Below are positions 19,051 to 32,000 of a stretch of DNA of 64,000 nucleotides, one piece after another. Below the pieces are notes generated by a model that was not told the origin of the DNA, searched no databases, and was given only the letters and a program-made list of their open reading frames with translations. Source of the stretch: Polyangiaceae bacterium (GTDB lineage Bacteria; Myxococcota_A; Polyangia; Polyangiales; Polyangiaceae); the NCBI GenBank assembly GCA_050287085.1, contig JBNKBE010000004.1, forward strand, positions 1 to 64,000. The letters run 5' to 3'. How positions within the stretch are numbered: position 1 is the first letter of the stretch; each line of letters starts with the position of its first letter. The position numbers and the translations under genes are program-made.

Positions 19051-21210
19051 ATGGCTAAGGCGGTTCTGACGTTCGCTCTCTATCAGGCGAACCAATTGGT
19101 TGGGCGGGAGACGGTCGCTCAAGATGTGGTGAAGGTTGGCCAAGATCCGAAGAGCCACCTGTGCATCAACGATCCGGCGGCTTCTCGGATGCATGCCGTT
19201 ATTGAGGTGGGAAGCCCGCAGGAGGTCACGCTCATCGACCTGGGCAACGACCCCGGGACGCTCGTCAACGGAGCTCCGATCAACAAATGTCGCCTGAACG
19301 TAGGCGATCAGATCCAGATCGGCTCTACGTTGGTGGTGGTTGAGGGCATCGAGGCGGCCGCGGCGATCCCGGCTGCGGCGGCTGAAGCTTTGGCAGCGCG
19401 TCCGAACCCAGCACGAACTGCACTCGGACTGGCGCCACCGCAGATGCCACCGCCCGAAGTGATGGCAGCTGGGAATATGACCCAAGCTATGGAGTCGGCA
19501 GCTCCGGCCAATCCGTTCGCGGCTGCGGCTGCGGCGGCAGCTCCGAATCCGTTTGTGTCCGCTGCGCCCCCTGCTCCGGCGCAAGCTCCAGCTCCAGCTG
19601 CAGCTCCAGCGCTTGAGCCGTACGGCCAGGTTGGATACGGTCAGTTTGGGCATGCTGCCGCTCAGCCGTCGTATGTTCAGGATAGCCATGCTCACGACGA
19701 GGCAGAGATGGCTGAGGGGACGTACACCTACACCATGCTGAAGAGTGGGCCTGATGTCAGCGCCGACGAGGTGGAGCTGGCGCACGTTCAAGCGGTGGAG
19801 GTCATGATCCTCTGGGGGTCGAATATCATCTACGGGACGCACCTGACGCCGCCGCGCAATTTCTATGTGGGCGAGGAGCAGGGCAAGCAGTTCTCGGTCG
19901 ACTTTTTCGTCCCGTCGGAGAAGCTGGGCACGACGCGGATGCCGGTTGTGTTGGGCGGTGGTGGTAGCGTTTCGGTGGTCTTGCCGCAGGGCGCGACCGG
20001 AACGATTCAGCTACCCGGGCAGAGTCCAGTACCCATCGATATGATGCGGGGCCAGGCGCAGCCCTGTGCGGAGCTCGCCGGCGCTCATCAGTTGAGCCTA
20101 CCAGCCGGGGCGCGAGCCAACGTACAGGTGGCAGACCTGATGTTTCAGGTGCAGCCGGTGAATGCCGGTAAGCCTATGGCTCACGGGCTGGCTTCCGGTT
20201 TCGACTGGAATAGCGCGATGTATTTTGGTCTGAGCTTCCTCACCATCGGAAGCTTGATGCTGGCGATGGCGTTTTTCGTGCCGCCGATGGGGCTCACGGA
20301 TGGCGAGGGCATTGACCAGGATCAGTTGATTCTCATTCAGCAATATCTCAACGCAGCGGCTGAGAAGGAGCAGGAAGAGGAAGAGACCGAGCAGGTTCCT
20401 GAGGAAGACGCCGACAATAAGGAAGGTGGGACCGGAACTCGTGCGGCTGGCGAAGAAGGCACGATGGGTAAGGAGTCCAGCAAGGACACGAACAAGCGCT
20501 ACGCCGTCCAGGGACCCCAGAACAATCCCGATCCGCATCTGGCTCGCCAGGCCGCGCTGCGAGAGGCGGCCGAGTTCGGCATGATCGGTCTGCTCAATAC
20601 CGGGGCGGCTGGGGATCCCAATGCACCTACGGCTCCTTGGGGACGTGAGACGTCGCTCGGCATGGATGAAGTGAGTGCCATGGGCAATATGTGGGGTGAT
20701 GAGATCGGCGACGCCTATGGCGCCGGCGGACTGGGGCTCTCGGGCATTGGCGAGGGTGGCGGCGGTCGCGGCGAGGGCATTGGCCTCGGGTCGATCGGGA
20801 CGCTTGGGCATGGTGCGGGAACGGGTACCGGACAGGGGTTTGGCGCGGGCCATGGTCGCCTTGGTGGCTCCCATCGCACTAAGGCACCCCGAGTGCGGCT
20901 CGGCAATACCACCGTTTCCGGTCGGCTCCCGAAGGAGGTCATCCAGCGCATCGTTCGGCAGAACTACGGCCGTTTTAGGTTGTGCTACGAGAAGGGCTTG
21001 GCGGCGAACCCCAATCTTCAGGGGCGCGTGTCGGTTCGCTTCGTGATCAATCGCAACGGCTCGGTGTCAAACGTGGCCAATGGCGGCTCGAGTATCCCGG
21101 ACGCAAGTGTGGTCAACTGCGTGGTACGAGCTTATTATGGTTTGAGTTTCCCGAAGCCCGAAGGGGGCATCGTAACGGTCGTCTACCCGATCTCGTTCTC
21201 TCCAGGCTGA
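19051..21210 (+). CDS. gltG: Gliding motility protein GltG (PglI): FHA domain, Pro/Ala linker, TM, Gly-rich region, TonB-C-like (AgmX/PglI C-terminal) domain
   Basis: FHA (SRMHAVI...DLG...GTLVNG); one TM; C-terminal VIQRIVRQN.GRFRLCYEKGL..NPNLQGRV...FPKPEGGIVTVVYP. Confidence 0.85.
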   Translation: MAKAVLTFALYQANQLVGRETVAQDVVKVGQDPKSHLCINDPAASRMHAVIEVGSPQEVTLIDLGNDPGTLVNGAPINKCRLNVGDQIQIGSTLVVVEGIEAAAAIPAAAAEALAARPNPARTALGLAPPQMPPPEVMAAGNMTQAMESAAPANPFAAAAAAAAPNPFVSAAPPAPAQAPAPAAAPALEPYGQVGYGQFGHAAAQPSYVQDSHAHDEAEMAEGTYTYTMLKSGPDVSADEVELAHVQAVEVMILWGSNIIYGTHLTPPRNFYVGEEQGKQFSVDFFVPSEKLGTTRMPVVLGGGGSVSVVLPQGATGTIQLPGQSPVPIDMMRGQAQPCAELAGAHQLSLPAGARANVQVADLMFQVQPVNAGKPMAHGLASGFDWNSAMYFGLSFLTIGSLMLAMAFFVPPMGLTDGEGIDQDQLILIQQYLNAAAEKEQEEEETEQVPEEDADNKEGGTGTRAAGEEGTMGKESSKDTNKRYAVQGPQNNPDPHLARQAALREAAEFGMIGLLNTGAAGDPNAPTAPWGRETSLGMDEVSAMGNMWGDEIGDAYGAGGLGLSGIGEGGGGRGEGIGLGSIGTLGHGAGTGTGQGFGAGHGRLGGSHRTKAPRVRLGNTTVSGRLPKEVIQRIVRQNYGRFRLCYEKGLAANPNLQGRVSVRFVINRNGSVSNVANGGSSIPDASVVNCVVRAYYGLSFPKPEGGIVTVVYPISFSPG

Positions 21211-21711
21211 GCTCGGACGTTACGGAAGGCCGCGACTCAAGGTCGCGGCCTAGCCAAGCGAGCGGCGGTGTCACCGGCGCTCGCTTTTGCATTTCGGCTG
21301 GGATCTCCAGGTGTCGCGCGAGCACCTTCGCGCGGACTGGAAAGCGACAACGGGGCTTGACGGGTCGGGGAGTTCAGGGCGGGTGGTCGCAAAGCTTTAC
21401 AGGAGCTTGGAGGCCTGGATATGTTGGCGCCCAGCTGGCTGGAACGCCCCTGATGGTCTGAACTCAGAGCCGTAGAAAGACAACAGAATAGCTGCCCAGA
21501 CCTAGCGGAGGGCAGGACGGAAGGTTGGCGGGAGTGAACCCGAGAGACCGGAGTCGGCGCTTCCGGGTGCCATTGATGGCAGAGCGGCTGATGCGATTGT
21601 TCGGCGTCAGGTCAGCTAAGGATTGAACGGTAGAAAATGGGTTGAAGCGTTGCATTCTGGCCATGCCAGGGTCGGCTTCGCAAGGTTGGATAGGCAAACG
21701 AGGTGAGCAGG

Positions 21712-22626
21712 ATGCTGCGGATGATACGCAATGCGGTGGTGGTAGCTTCTATTGGAATCGGCTTGAGCTCGGCGGCGTGTAGTCGCGACCACATCGAGGC
21801 CGTCAACAAGGCAAACGAGGCCGACCGCCTGGTGAAGCTGAATCCCCGCGGAGCGGTGAAGAAGTACGAGGAGGCCAGTCAGCTGGATCCCGGCAATCAC
21901 CGAATCTTCTGGAAGCTGGCTATGGCTTATCAGAAGATGGAGGAGTGGAGCAAGCTTGAGTCCACGTTGTCACGGGCTGTGGCCGTGGCTCCGGACTTTG
22001 CGGACTACCACTACTACCGTGGGTATGCGCAGATCAAGATGGCGGAAGCCGGCAATGACGATGCGTATGAAGCCGCCAAGGAGCCGCTGAAGAAGTGCAT
22101 CGAGACCGACCCAAACTATGCAGAATGCTACTACTGGTTGGGGCAGGCCTACCTCTGGACCGGTGACGACCAAGCGGCTCTAGAGAACTTCTCCCAGGCC
22201 ATCGAGCACGACCCGAAGGTGGGGTACTTCTATCCGGCGCCGGCGGAGCTCTATGTGACGCTCAAGATGTACGACCAGGCGGATCAGATTCTGAAGGTTG
22301 GCGAGCGGACGCTGGACAAAGTTCAGAAGAACAAGAACGCCCTCTACAGTATTTACACGCTGATGTTCAACGTGGCTCAGGGGCAGGGTGACTTGACGAC
22401 GGGGGCTGACGCGCTCGAGAAAGCAAACCAGATTGCCGGCGACGAACATCCGGAAACGGCTTTCAACCTGGGCTCGACCTATGGGGTGATGGACCCGCCC
22501 AAGAAACAAAAGGCGCTTGAGTTGTTGAAGTCCTTTGACAAGCGGGCCTGTCGTACGGCGCGGCGCGCGAAGTTCAAGAGCCAGTGCGAAACGGCGTCGT
22601 CTTTGATACAGCGACTTGGGGGCTGA
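21712..22626 (+). CDS. TPR-repeat lipoprotein (alternative GTG start 21703)
   Basis: Lipobox SAA-C; several TPRs ending in LDP/DP turns. Confidence 0.85.
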   Translation: MLRMIRNAVVVASIGIGLSSAACSRDHIEAVNKANEADRLVKLNPRGAVKKYEEASQLDPGNHRIFWKLAMAYQKMEEWSKLESTLSRAVAVAPDFADYHYYRGYAQIKMAEAGNDDAYEAAKEPLKKCIETDPNYAECYYWLGQAYLWTGDDQAALENFSQAIEHDPKVGYFYPAPAELYVTLKMYDQADQILKVGERTLDKVQKNKNALYSIYTLMFNVAQGQGDLTTGADALEKANQIAGDEHPETAFNLGSTYGVMDPPKKQKALELLKSFDKRACRTARRAKFKSQCETASSLIQRLGG

Positions 22627-22717
22627 GCGCCCCGGGGTGATGGGCCTGGTACCTTGCCCCTAGTCGGGCCGTGAACGGGTGCTCCAGAAGGAGCACTGTG
22701 GAAGTCAGTCATGAAGC

Positions 22718-22789
22718 GGGGAGTGCGTGAGCACCCCCCGCGTTGCTGTTTTTGGGGAGTGCGTGAGCACTCCTCGCGTTGCTTTGTGT
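22718..22789. repeat. Two adjacent 36-bp direct repeats, each forming a hairpin with a GTGA loop and a T-rich tail
   Basis: GGGGAGTGC-GTGA-GCACCCCCCGCGTTGCTGTTTTT then GGGGAGTGC-GTGA-GCACTCCTCGCGTTGCTTTGTGT. Confidence 0.85.
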
Positions 22790-23018
22790 ACGCGGTGTTG
22801 TCCAGGGGTCGAACAAGGGGGGGCGCTAGAGGACCTTGCGCGGTGCGGCTAGGCTGCCCTGTAGGTGCCGCACCGACCGCTACCTCCAGCTTGCCAACGC
22901 CGGGCCGAAACGACGTCTTTTTGTGCGCACTTAGACGCATATGGACTAAGATCCGCCGTCCCCGGTCGTTCGTGACGTCCGCGGGAATAGATGAACCTCC
23001 GAAGGAGCCGTCCGGGAA

Positions 23019-26000
23019 GTGGATCAAGAAACTCAAAACGTTGCCCACGGGGCCGTTGCTGACGAAGCCAATTCACCCGTTGATGAAACTCAAATCGCCG
23101 AGCTAAGAGCCAACTTGGCGGCGCTGGTGGATGGTCGTCCGCACGATCACATCAAGGCATTGGTCGCACTTGCGGAGGCGCTGCCTGCGGGTGAAGAAAA
23201 GGTAGAGCTATTTCTGGAAGCGGCTGAGCTCTACACCAACAAATTCAAGAACCAAGCGGAGGCTGTTAGGGCCTATGAGGCCGTGCTTGCGCTGGATGCG
23301 GCGAACGGTGTCGCGATCGATTTCTTGCGAACGTCCTATGAGAAGCGACGTGACTGGGAAAAGCTGATCGCGCTGATGAAGTTAGAGGCGTCACGGCTCG
23401 GTGGTGATGCTCAGCTCGCCGTGAACAAGGAAGTTGCACAGCTAGCGAGCGATCGCATCAAGAAGCCTCAGATCTGCATTGAGCTGTGGGCGGTCGTGCT
23501 TGCTTCCGACCCCAACGACGTAGATGCGCTGCGAGCTCTCGCACAACTCTACGAACGGGATCGCGAGTATGAGCGTTTCGCTGATGTTCTGGAACGCTTG
23601 ATCGAGTTCACAGAAGAGCGAGAAGAGCGCGTCAAACTTTTGCTAAAACTCGGACAAGTCACTGGCGATAGGCTGAAGGACGACTCCCGGGCGGCAGAGG
23701 CTTACCGGTTGCTGCTTGAGCTTGAGCCGGAGGACCGTCGTTATCAGGAACAGCTGAAGAAGCGCTACTTAGCGCTGGGACGCTGGGATGACCTCGAGAT
23801 GTTCTACGCTCAGACGGAGCGTTGGGATGAGTTCATTCGTGTGCTCGAGAGCAACGAGAGCCGTGCGGAAGACGAAGCGCAGCGCATAGCCATGTTGATG
23901 AAGGTGGCCGAGCTGTGGATGACCCAAAAGGGTAAGCCAGACCGGGCGGCTAGAGCCTACGAAAAAATTCTGACGCTCGATCCGGAGAACGTTGCGGCAG
24001 CGGACCGATTGGTTCCGCTGTATACGACCAGCGGTAACGCCAAGGGGCTGGTCACGGCGTTGGAGATCAAGCTGCAGTACGTCGACGACGTGCAGGAGCA
24101 GGTGGAGACTCTGCGGCAGGTGGCTGAGCTATACAGCGGTCGCCTTGCGGACAAGCAGCTAGCCTTTGAACGTTTGCTCCTAGCGTTTGAGCTCGTACCG
24201 GAAGATGCCGTCGCGGAGGAGCAGGCGGCAGCGGCCGCCGCGGAGGTCGGCGGCTGGGAGCCGCTGGCGTCTTCGCTGAAGGAGGCTCTTGCCAATCTAA
24301 GTGGAGCCGCGGCGACTCGCGTGCACCTTCGGCTCGGCCAAATCTCGGAGCACGAGCTCGGCGACAAAAAGGCGGCGCTGGCCCATTATCAAGCCGTCGC
24401 GGAAGAGGATCCGACCAACGTCGATGCGTTGACGGCGATGGAGCGCCTCTACAGCGAGGGGGGCAACGCCGAGCAGCTGTTGGAGATATACGAGCGGCGT
24501 CTAGAGCTAGAGTTTGAACCCGCGGCGCGGCGTGCGACGCAATTGGCGATGGCGCGCCTCTATGACGCGGGACTGGGACGTCAGGACGATGCGGTCGCAA
24601 CCTATCAGGCTGTGCTCGTTGACGAGCCTGACGATGCTGAGACTCTTGCTGCGTTGGACGATCTGCTCCAGCGCATCGGGGACATGCCTCAGCTGGCGGA
24701 GATTCTGAGCCGGCGCATCGAGTTGGAGTCCAGTGAGGGCGGGCTTGCGGAGCTCAAGTACAGGCTCGCGCGCGTTGAAGAGCTGGACCTGGGGCGGCCT
24801 GATTCCGCTCTGGAGCACTATCGAGAGGTGCTGCTTCTGAACCAGGAGCACGTGGGCGCTCGCCAGGCATTGGAGGGCATGCTCAGCGGGCCGCTGCGTT
24901 TGAACGCCGCGGCGATCCTGGAGACGGTGTACGAGGTTGCTGAGGACTGGCCGGCGCTGGTGAAGGTGCTGGAGATCGCGGCGGCTGCGGCGGCAGACGA
25001 ACGGCAGGCGGCAGACGTTCTGCGTCGTATTGCGATCGTGCAGGCCACGCAACTCGGCAACGCGCGGGCGGCGTTCGAAGCGCAGTGCCGCGCGCTCAGC
25101 GCCGGGCCTGACGAGTCGGAGGTGCGTGCCGAGGTCGAGCATTTTGCGGGACTCGCCAATGCGTGGGACGACCTCGTGGTGCTCTACTCGGAGCTTGCTG
25201 ACACGGTGGATGACGTTGCGCTGAGTCGCACCTATCTGATGCGACTCGGTGAGATTCAGACCAGCCACGGCGCTGTGGATGAAGCGGCCGCGAGCTACGG
25301 TCGAGTGCTCGACGCAGCACCGTCCGACGATGGTGCGCTTCAGGCCCTGGATCGTTTGTTCCGCGAGGCCAGCAGGTGGGACGACCTGATCGGCGTCTAC
25401 CGGAGACGGCTTGCGCTGACGAGCGATCCGGCTGAGAGCGAGCGCTTGCAGCGTGAGATGGCGGGGATCTTCGTCTCCAAGCTGAACTCTCCAGAACAGG
25501 CAATCGCCGTCTACAAGGGCATCCTCGAGGAGCAGCACAGCGCTGCGGCATCAGAGGCGTTGGATGCGCTATTCGAGAGCCAGGAGCGCTGGGGTGATCT
25601 CGCCGACAACCTGGAAAGCCGTCTCGGCCTCATCATGGACGATGGTGAGCGAGTCAACATGTTGCTGCGCATTTCGGCGCTGCGTGAAGGCAAGCTCAGC
25701 GACGTCCATGCAGCGGCTGATGGTTACCGTCAGGCGCTGGAGATAGACCCCCAGAACGCTGCTGCGCTGGGCGCGCTTGAGCGCCTCAGCGAGACGGCTG
25801 AGGACCCGCTCTTGATTGCCGAAGTCCTCGAGCCTATCTACCGCGAGCAGGGTAACTACGAGAAGCTCATTGGCGTCTACCAGTTGCAGGAACGGCGGGA
25901 GAGCGATCCGGAGAGCAAGGTGGCTCTGCTGCAGCAAATCGCCGGGCTTCAAGAGGACGCCCTTTCGAATGCAACGCTGGCGTTTGACACCTACGCTCAG

Positions 26001-29000
26001 GCGCTAGCGATCGACCCGACCAACGAAGCGACGCTGGACGCGCTCGAACGCCTCGCTGACTTGACGGAGCGACACCACGAGTTGGCGAGTCTATATCAGC
26101 ACCTGGGTGAAGCAGCGGCCGATCCGGAGCTCGGTGGCCAGCTGTACATGCTCGCGGCCGACACGGTCGAGAACTCGCTTAGAGATAGCGCTGGCGCGAT
26201 TGAGCTCTATCGCAAGGTGCTGACGATCGACGGGCGTAATTTGTCCGCGGTGGATGCGCTTCAGCGTCTTTACCAGGTGACAAATCAGTTTGATCAGACC
26301 TCGCTACTGCTTCAGCAGAAGGCAAGAATTCTGGAGGACGTCGAGGACAAGAAGTCTGCCCTATATCAGGCAGCGACCATCGAACAGGACGTTTTGCAGG
26401 AGCCGGCACGCGCGGTTGGCGTCTTCCACCAGTTGCTGGAGATCGATCCTGAAGACCTGCGAAGTCTTGACGCCCTGATTGAGCTCTACCTGCGTCTGGA
26501 GCGGTGGCCTGAACTGCTTGACGTGCAGAACCGAAAGGCAGATCTCGTCTTTGATCCGGAAGAGAAGCGAACCATTCTCTACCAAATGGGCTCAGTCTAC
26601 GAGGGCGAGCTCCAGGACGCACAGAAGGCGATCGACACCTACCAGCGAGTGCTGGAGCTAGAACCGGACGACTTCCAGGCGCTCGGACGATTGGATGCGC
26701 TCTACGGCGCCTCAGCCAACTATCCGGAGCTGCTCGGTGTGCTCACGCGCGAGTCGGAGCTGACGGCGGATGCGGCCGAGGCCATCAGCTATCAGTTTCG
26801 GATCGCTGAGGTGTACGAGCGGCATCTCGACGACGTGCCTCGTGCTGTTGAGTTGTATCGCGATATCCTGGCCATTCAGCCCATGCATGGGCCGACCTTA
26901 GCCAGGCTCGAAGCCATCATGCAGGGCACCGTGGCCCCGCTTGAAGCGGCCAACGTGTTGGAACCCGTGTACGAAGCGGCGGCGGAGTATGGGGGGCTGG
27001 CCGGCGTGCTGAATGTGCAAGTCGCTCAAGCGACGGACCAGACCGAACGTGTGGAACTGCTCACCCGCCTGTCGTCTCTTTACGAGGATCAGGTGGGGGA
27101 CAGTTCACGGGCCTTCGTCACCTTGAAGGCTGCGGTGCGCGAGGACGTTGGCAATGAGGACGTCTTGGCGGCCTTCGAACGCTTGGCGTTGGGGCTCAAC
27201 CGCTGGGCCGAGGTCGCGGAGGTGTATGAGGAGCAGCTCGTCGATACGAATGATCCCGAGACTGCCGTGGCCGTCGGAATGCGGGTGGGGCAGGTCTATG
27301 AGGTGCAGTTGGAAGCACCGGAGCGGGCGATCGCGCAATACCGTGCGGTGCTTGAGCTAGAGCCAGAGAAGGCCGCGGCGCTCAAAGCTCTGGACCGACT
27401 CTACAACGAGACGGAGAACTACGAAGCGTTAGCGCAAGTGCTCCGACAGCAGGCACGGCTCGAACAGGGGACGGACGAGTCGTTGGTCTTCAAGCAACGC
27501 CTGGGTGAACTGTTGCAGACAAGTCTCGGCGACGCCGCTGCCGCAATCGCGGTTTACGGAGAGATCGTCGAGGAGAATCCAGAGCACGTCGGAGCGCGCG
27601 CCGCGCTGGAGGCTATGTTTGCGGCTGGCACTCTTCCGGTGGAAGTGGGCAATGTCCTAGCTCCGCTCTATCAAAACGCGGGCGAGTGGGGGAAGCTCAA
27701 CGAGGTGCGCTTGGCGCAGCTTGAGCGGATTGAGGATCCAGAGCGGCGTTTGGCTGTCTACTACGACCTCGCGCAGGATACGGAGGAGCAGCTGCTCGAT
27801 GTCGGCAGTGCATTTGCCGTTTATGCGGCCGCACTTGCGGAGGCACCGCTCGACGAGCGCACGGGCTTAGAGCTGGAACGCCTTGCGGCGATTATCGACG
27901 ACGGTTGGACTGAGGCAGCCTCCACCTATGCTGACGTGATCAGTCAAGAGGACGTGTCCGCCGAGGTCCAGGCGGAGCTCGGTCTTCGCTTGGCTCGCGT
28001 CTACGAGGAAGAGCTTGCAGATCCTGACAAGGCAACGGAGTCGTATCGCTTTGTCCTGAGCGTCAGCCCGGGCGAACCGCGGGCACTCGACAACCTCGAC
28101 CGCATCTTTTCCTCGCTCGAGGAGTGGACGGACCTCGCTGAGGTCCTGGAGCTGCGCGCGAACACGGCCGAGAACGACCGCGAACGCATCGAGCTATTGT
28201 GTCGTTTGGGCGAGGTCTACGAGGAGCAGCTTGCGCAGCTGGAAAGTGCCGAGCGTGTTTATCGTCGAATTTTCGACGACCTCGACGGAACGGAGCCTCG
28301 CGCCATTGAGGCGCTCTCACGGATCTTCGACAAGCGGGAAGCGTGGCCAGAGCTTGCGCGCGTCTACGAGCGCCAGCTAGAGCTAGTTGGCACGCCCTAT
28401 GATGAGGCGGAGGTCCGCGCCAAGCTCGCTCGTCTGTCGTGGGACAAGCTCGGGAACTTGGAGGCTGCCGCCGAAGGCTGGCGTCGGGTTATCGAACTTC
28501 GAGGCGAGGATGGTGAGGCCCTGACCGGTCTTGCGGACATCTACGAACATCAAGAACGCTGGCCGGAACTAAGCGACGTTCTCGAACGTCATTACGACCT
28601 GGCGGAGAGCGATGAGGAGCGGGTGTTCGCTTTGAGTCGTCGCGCTCAGTTGTCCAGCAAATACCTGGGCCGCGACGACGAAGCCTTGGAAACATGGCGC
28701 CGCGTGCTCGAGATTGACTTCGAGAACGTTGCGGCTCTCGAGGCCATTGCTGCGATCTATCGCGGCCGAAACGAAGCGTCCGAGCTCGTATCAGCGTTGC
28801 ATGCTTTGGTTGACCAGGGTGCAGAACGCCTGGACGACGAGCGGAAGGTGGCTGCCTATCGTGAGCTTGGGCTGCTGTATTCCGAGCAGTTGTCGCAACC
28901 CTTCGACGCCATTGACGCGTTCAATCATCTGCTCGAGGTGCGTCCCGATGACTTGGACGCGATTGACCGAGCAGAGCAGCTCTATCGCGGGGAAGACAAC

Positions 29001-32000
29001 TGGGCGGAGGTCGTTCGAGTCAAGACGCTCAGGGCCGACGCCCTGACGGAGCCCCAAGAGAAGGTTCGAGAGTTGTTGGAGGTGACCGAACTTTGGCGTC
29101 ACCAGCTCGAGAACTACGACGGGGCCACCGAGGCACTGACGAAGATCGTCGAAGCGGAACCGCTGCATGAGTCTGCCTTTGGTGAACTCGAGAAGCTGCA
29201 CCGCGCAGCCGCCCGGTGGGAGCCGCTGATCGAACTCTACCTGGGCCGTCTCGAGCACGTCGAGGAGGCAGCGGCGCGTTCCGATCTATGGCGCCGCATC
29301 GCCAAGGTGCTCGAAGACAAATTGGAAGACAATGAGCAGGCCTTTGTTGCGCTGGATCAGTCTTTCAAGGAGAACTTCTTCGACGAGGCGACCGCTGACT
29401 ACTTAGGGCGAATGGCTCATGCCACCGGCAAGTGGAAGGAGCTGATTGCGAGCACGCAAGAGGTCTTGGAGCGCCAAACCGAGAAGAAGGCGAAGATTCA
29501 GCTCTGTCTGACTCTTGGCAAGTGGAACGGCGAAGAGCTCGGCATGACGGAGTACGCCGAGACGTACTACGGCCAGGTGGTGACGTTAGACCCCTCCAAT
29601 GTGCGGGTGCGTCGCCAGATCGCCAGTAGCGCCCGCCTGCGCGGTGAGCTTGCGAAGGCCAGGGAAATACTCGAGCAGGCAGAGAAGGCGGCCGTCAAGA
29701 ACGAGGACCTCAAGCTCGTCTACGTGGACTTGGGCGATCTGCATCGCAAGCACCTGGGTGACGCTGAGCAGGGCATCACGTACTACAAGCGGGCTCTGGG
29801 TATCGATCCTCAGCTGGTCGTTGCACTCGACGCGCTCGAGGGCATCTACGGAGAGCGGGGTCAGCATTCCGATCTTGCGGACGTTCTTCGGCGCAAGATC
29901 GCTGCGCTCAGTGACAATGAAGCGCTTACCGAAGCGCGCCTTCGCCTGGGTGAGCTGTACGAGCAGCAGCTGGGCGAGGTCGAGCGAGCCGCCGAGGTCT
30001 ACGCCGCGGTGGTTGACTCGGATGAGACCAATCTCACGGCTCTTCGGGGGCTGGAGCGGGCCTACCGCGCCAGCGAGCGCTGGACCGATCTGGTCGAGGT
30101 GCTGGAGAAGCAGCTACATGCGGTCCAGTCGGAGCGCGATCGCGTTGAGCTGCTATTGAAGCTGGCCGCTATCCAAGAAGAGGAGTTCCTCAAGTTCGAG
30201 GGGGCGGCGCAGCGCTACGCACAAGCGCTTCAGGTGGATGCAAGTCGCGACGAAGCCCACGAGGGCTTGGCTCGCTGTCTACGCCGATTGAAGCGTTGGA
30301 GCGAGCTAGTCGAGGCGCTGGAAGCTCACCTCTCTGAGGTCAGTTCCAGCGAGGCGCGGGTGCCTCTGTATCAGCAGCTAGGTCAGGTCTATGCTGAGGA
30401 ACTGAACGAAGCGCAACGGGCGCTTGATGCGTACCGCGAGATTACGCTGTTGGATCCGACGCACGTTCCGGCGCTTGATGCACTTGCGCGTCTCTACGAC
30501 CGCCAAGGTGATGCGCATGAGAGCATCGAATGTTTGACGCGCGTGGCGGAGTTGACGTCCGACGGCGCGACGCGTGTGGACATGTTCTACCGCATCGGCA
30601 AAGCGTCGCTGGAGAAGCTCCAGGATACGGCGACTGCTCGCGAACGCTTCGAAACAGCACTTGAACTCGACCCCAGGCACAAGCCCACGTTGGCGGCGCT
30701 CCGGACAATTCTCTCGGAGGATGGCGACTGGGAGGGGGTTGCTCGGGCGCTGGAACAGGAGCAAGCGGTCACCGAGACGCCGAAGGCAAGGGCGCGACTG
30801 CTCGTTGAACTCGGCAAGGTGCGCGACGAGTACCTGGCCGAGTCGGAGGCGGCGCTGTCGGCGTATCGCGACGCGATTGAAGCTGATCCTGAATGCGAGG
30901 ATGCCGCGCTCCCTCTGCTGGGGCACTATACCGAGGAGATGGAGTGGGCTCGGGCCGAGCCACTCGCGGAGTTGCTCGTAAAGCGTTCAAAGAACAAAGA
31001 CCGAAGCGAACAGCACGACCTCTACAATCAAATGGGCCGGGTCTATACGTCCCTTGGAAAGCATCGCGAGGCTCTCGACGCCTACCAATCGGCATTCCAA
31101 CTCGACGTTACGTCTCAGACCAGCATTCGTGGCATTGCTGATGTTTCGTACGAGCTTGAGGATTGGCCGACGGCGCTGACGAACTATCAGAAGGTGCTGA
31201 CGGCGCTGGGTGACGATCAGCTCGAGGAGCGGACAGAGATCTACTACCGCCTCGGCTGCATCAAGCGGGCACAAGGCCAGAGCAAGCAGGCGATCAACAA
31301 CTTCGAGAAGGCGCTGACCATCAATGGCGAGCACCGTCCGACGTTGGACGCGCTGGTGAGCGTGCATCAAGAGATGCAAGACTGGGCACAGGTTGCCGAG
31401 TACAAGCGTCAGATTCTCGATAGCCTCTATGAGGACGACGCTCGCTATGACCTTTTGCTGGAGATTGCAGAGGTCTGGAGCGGCGAGGGCAGCAACGTCA
31501 ACAAGGCGATTGAAGCCCTGGAGGAAGCGCAGGACCTAAAGCCTCAAGCCCATGTATTGCTGCACCGTCTGCTTCAGCTCTACCAGCGTGCAGAAGAGTG
31601 GTCGAAGATGGTAGACACGATTGCGGCGATCTCCGAGTTGGAGGAGGCACCGCACAATAAGGCGCGCTACTCAAATGCAATGGCGCAGATCTACCGCGAT
31701 AAGTTGGAGGATCCTGACCGCGCGGTGGAGCTCTTCAACGAGGCGCTCGATTTCGACCCGAACTTCTTGGAGGCGTTTGAGCGCATCAACAAGGTGCTCA
31801 CCGCCAGCCGGAGCTGGAAGCAGCTGGAGCGTAACTATCGCAAGATGGTGTTTCGGCTAGATAAGACCAAAGACGCCAAACCTGAGCTGAAGCATGAGCT
31901 CTTGTACCAGCTGGGGCTTGTCTATCGTGACAGACTTGGAAATCTTGAGAAGGCCGTCGACGCGTTTCAGATGGCTTCGTCGATCAAACCGGACGACTTG

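Noticed and set aside
22718..22789. CRISPR array (36-bp palindromic repeats)
   Set aside because: Only two abutting units, no spacers and no cas genes in the window
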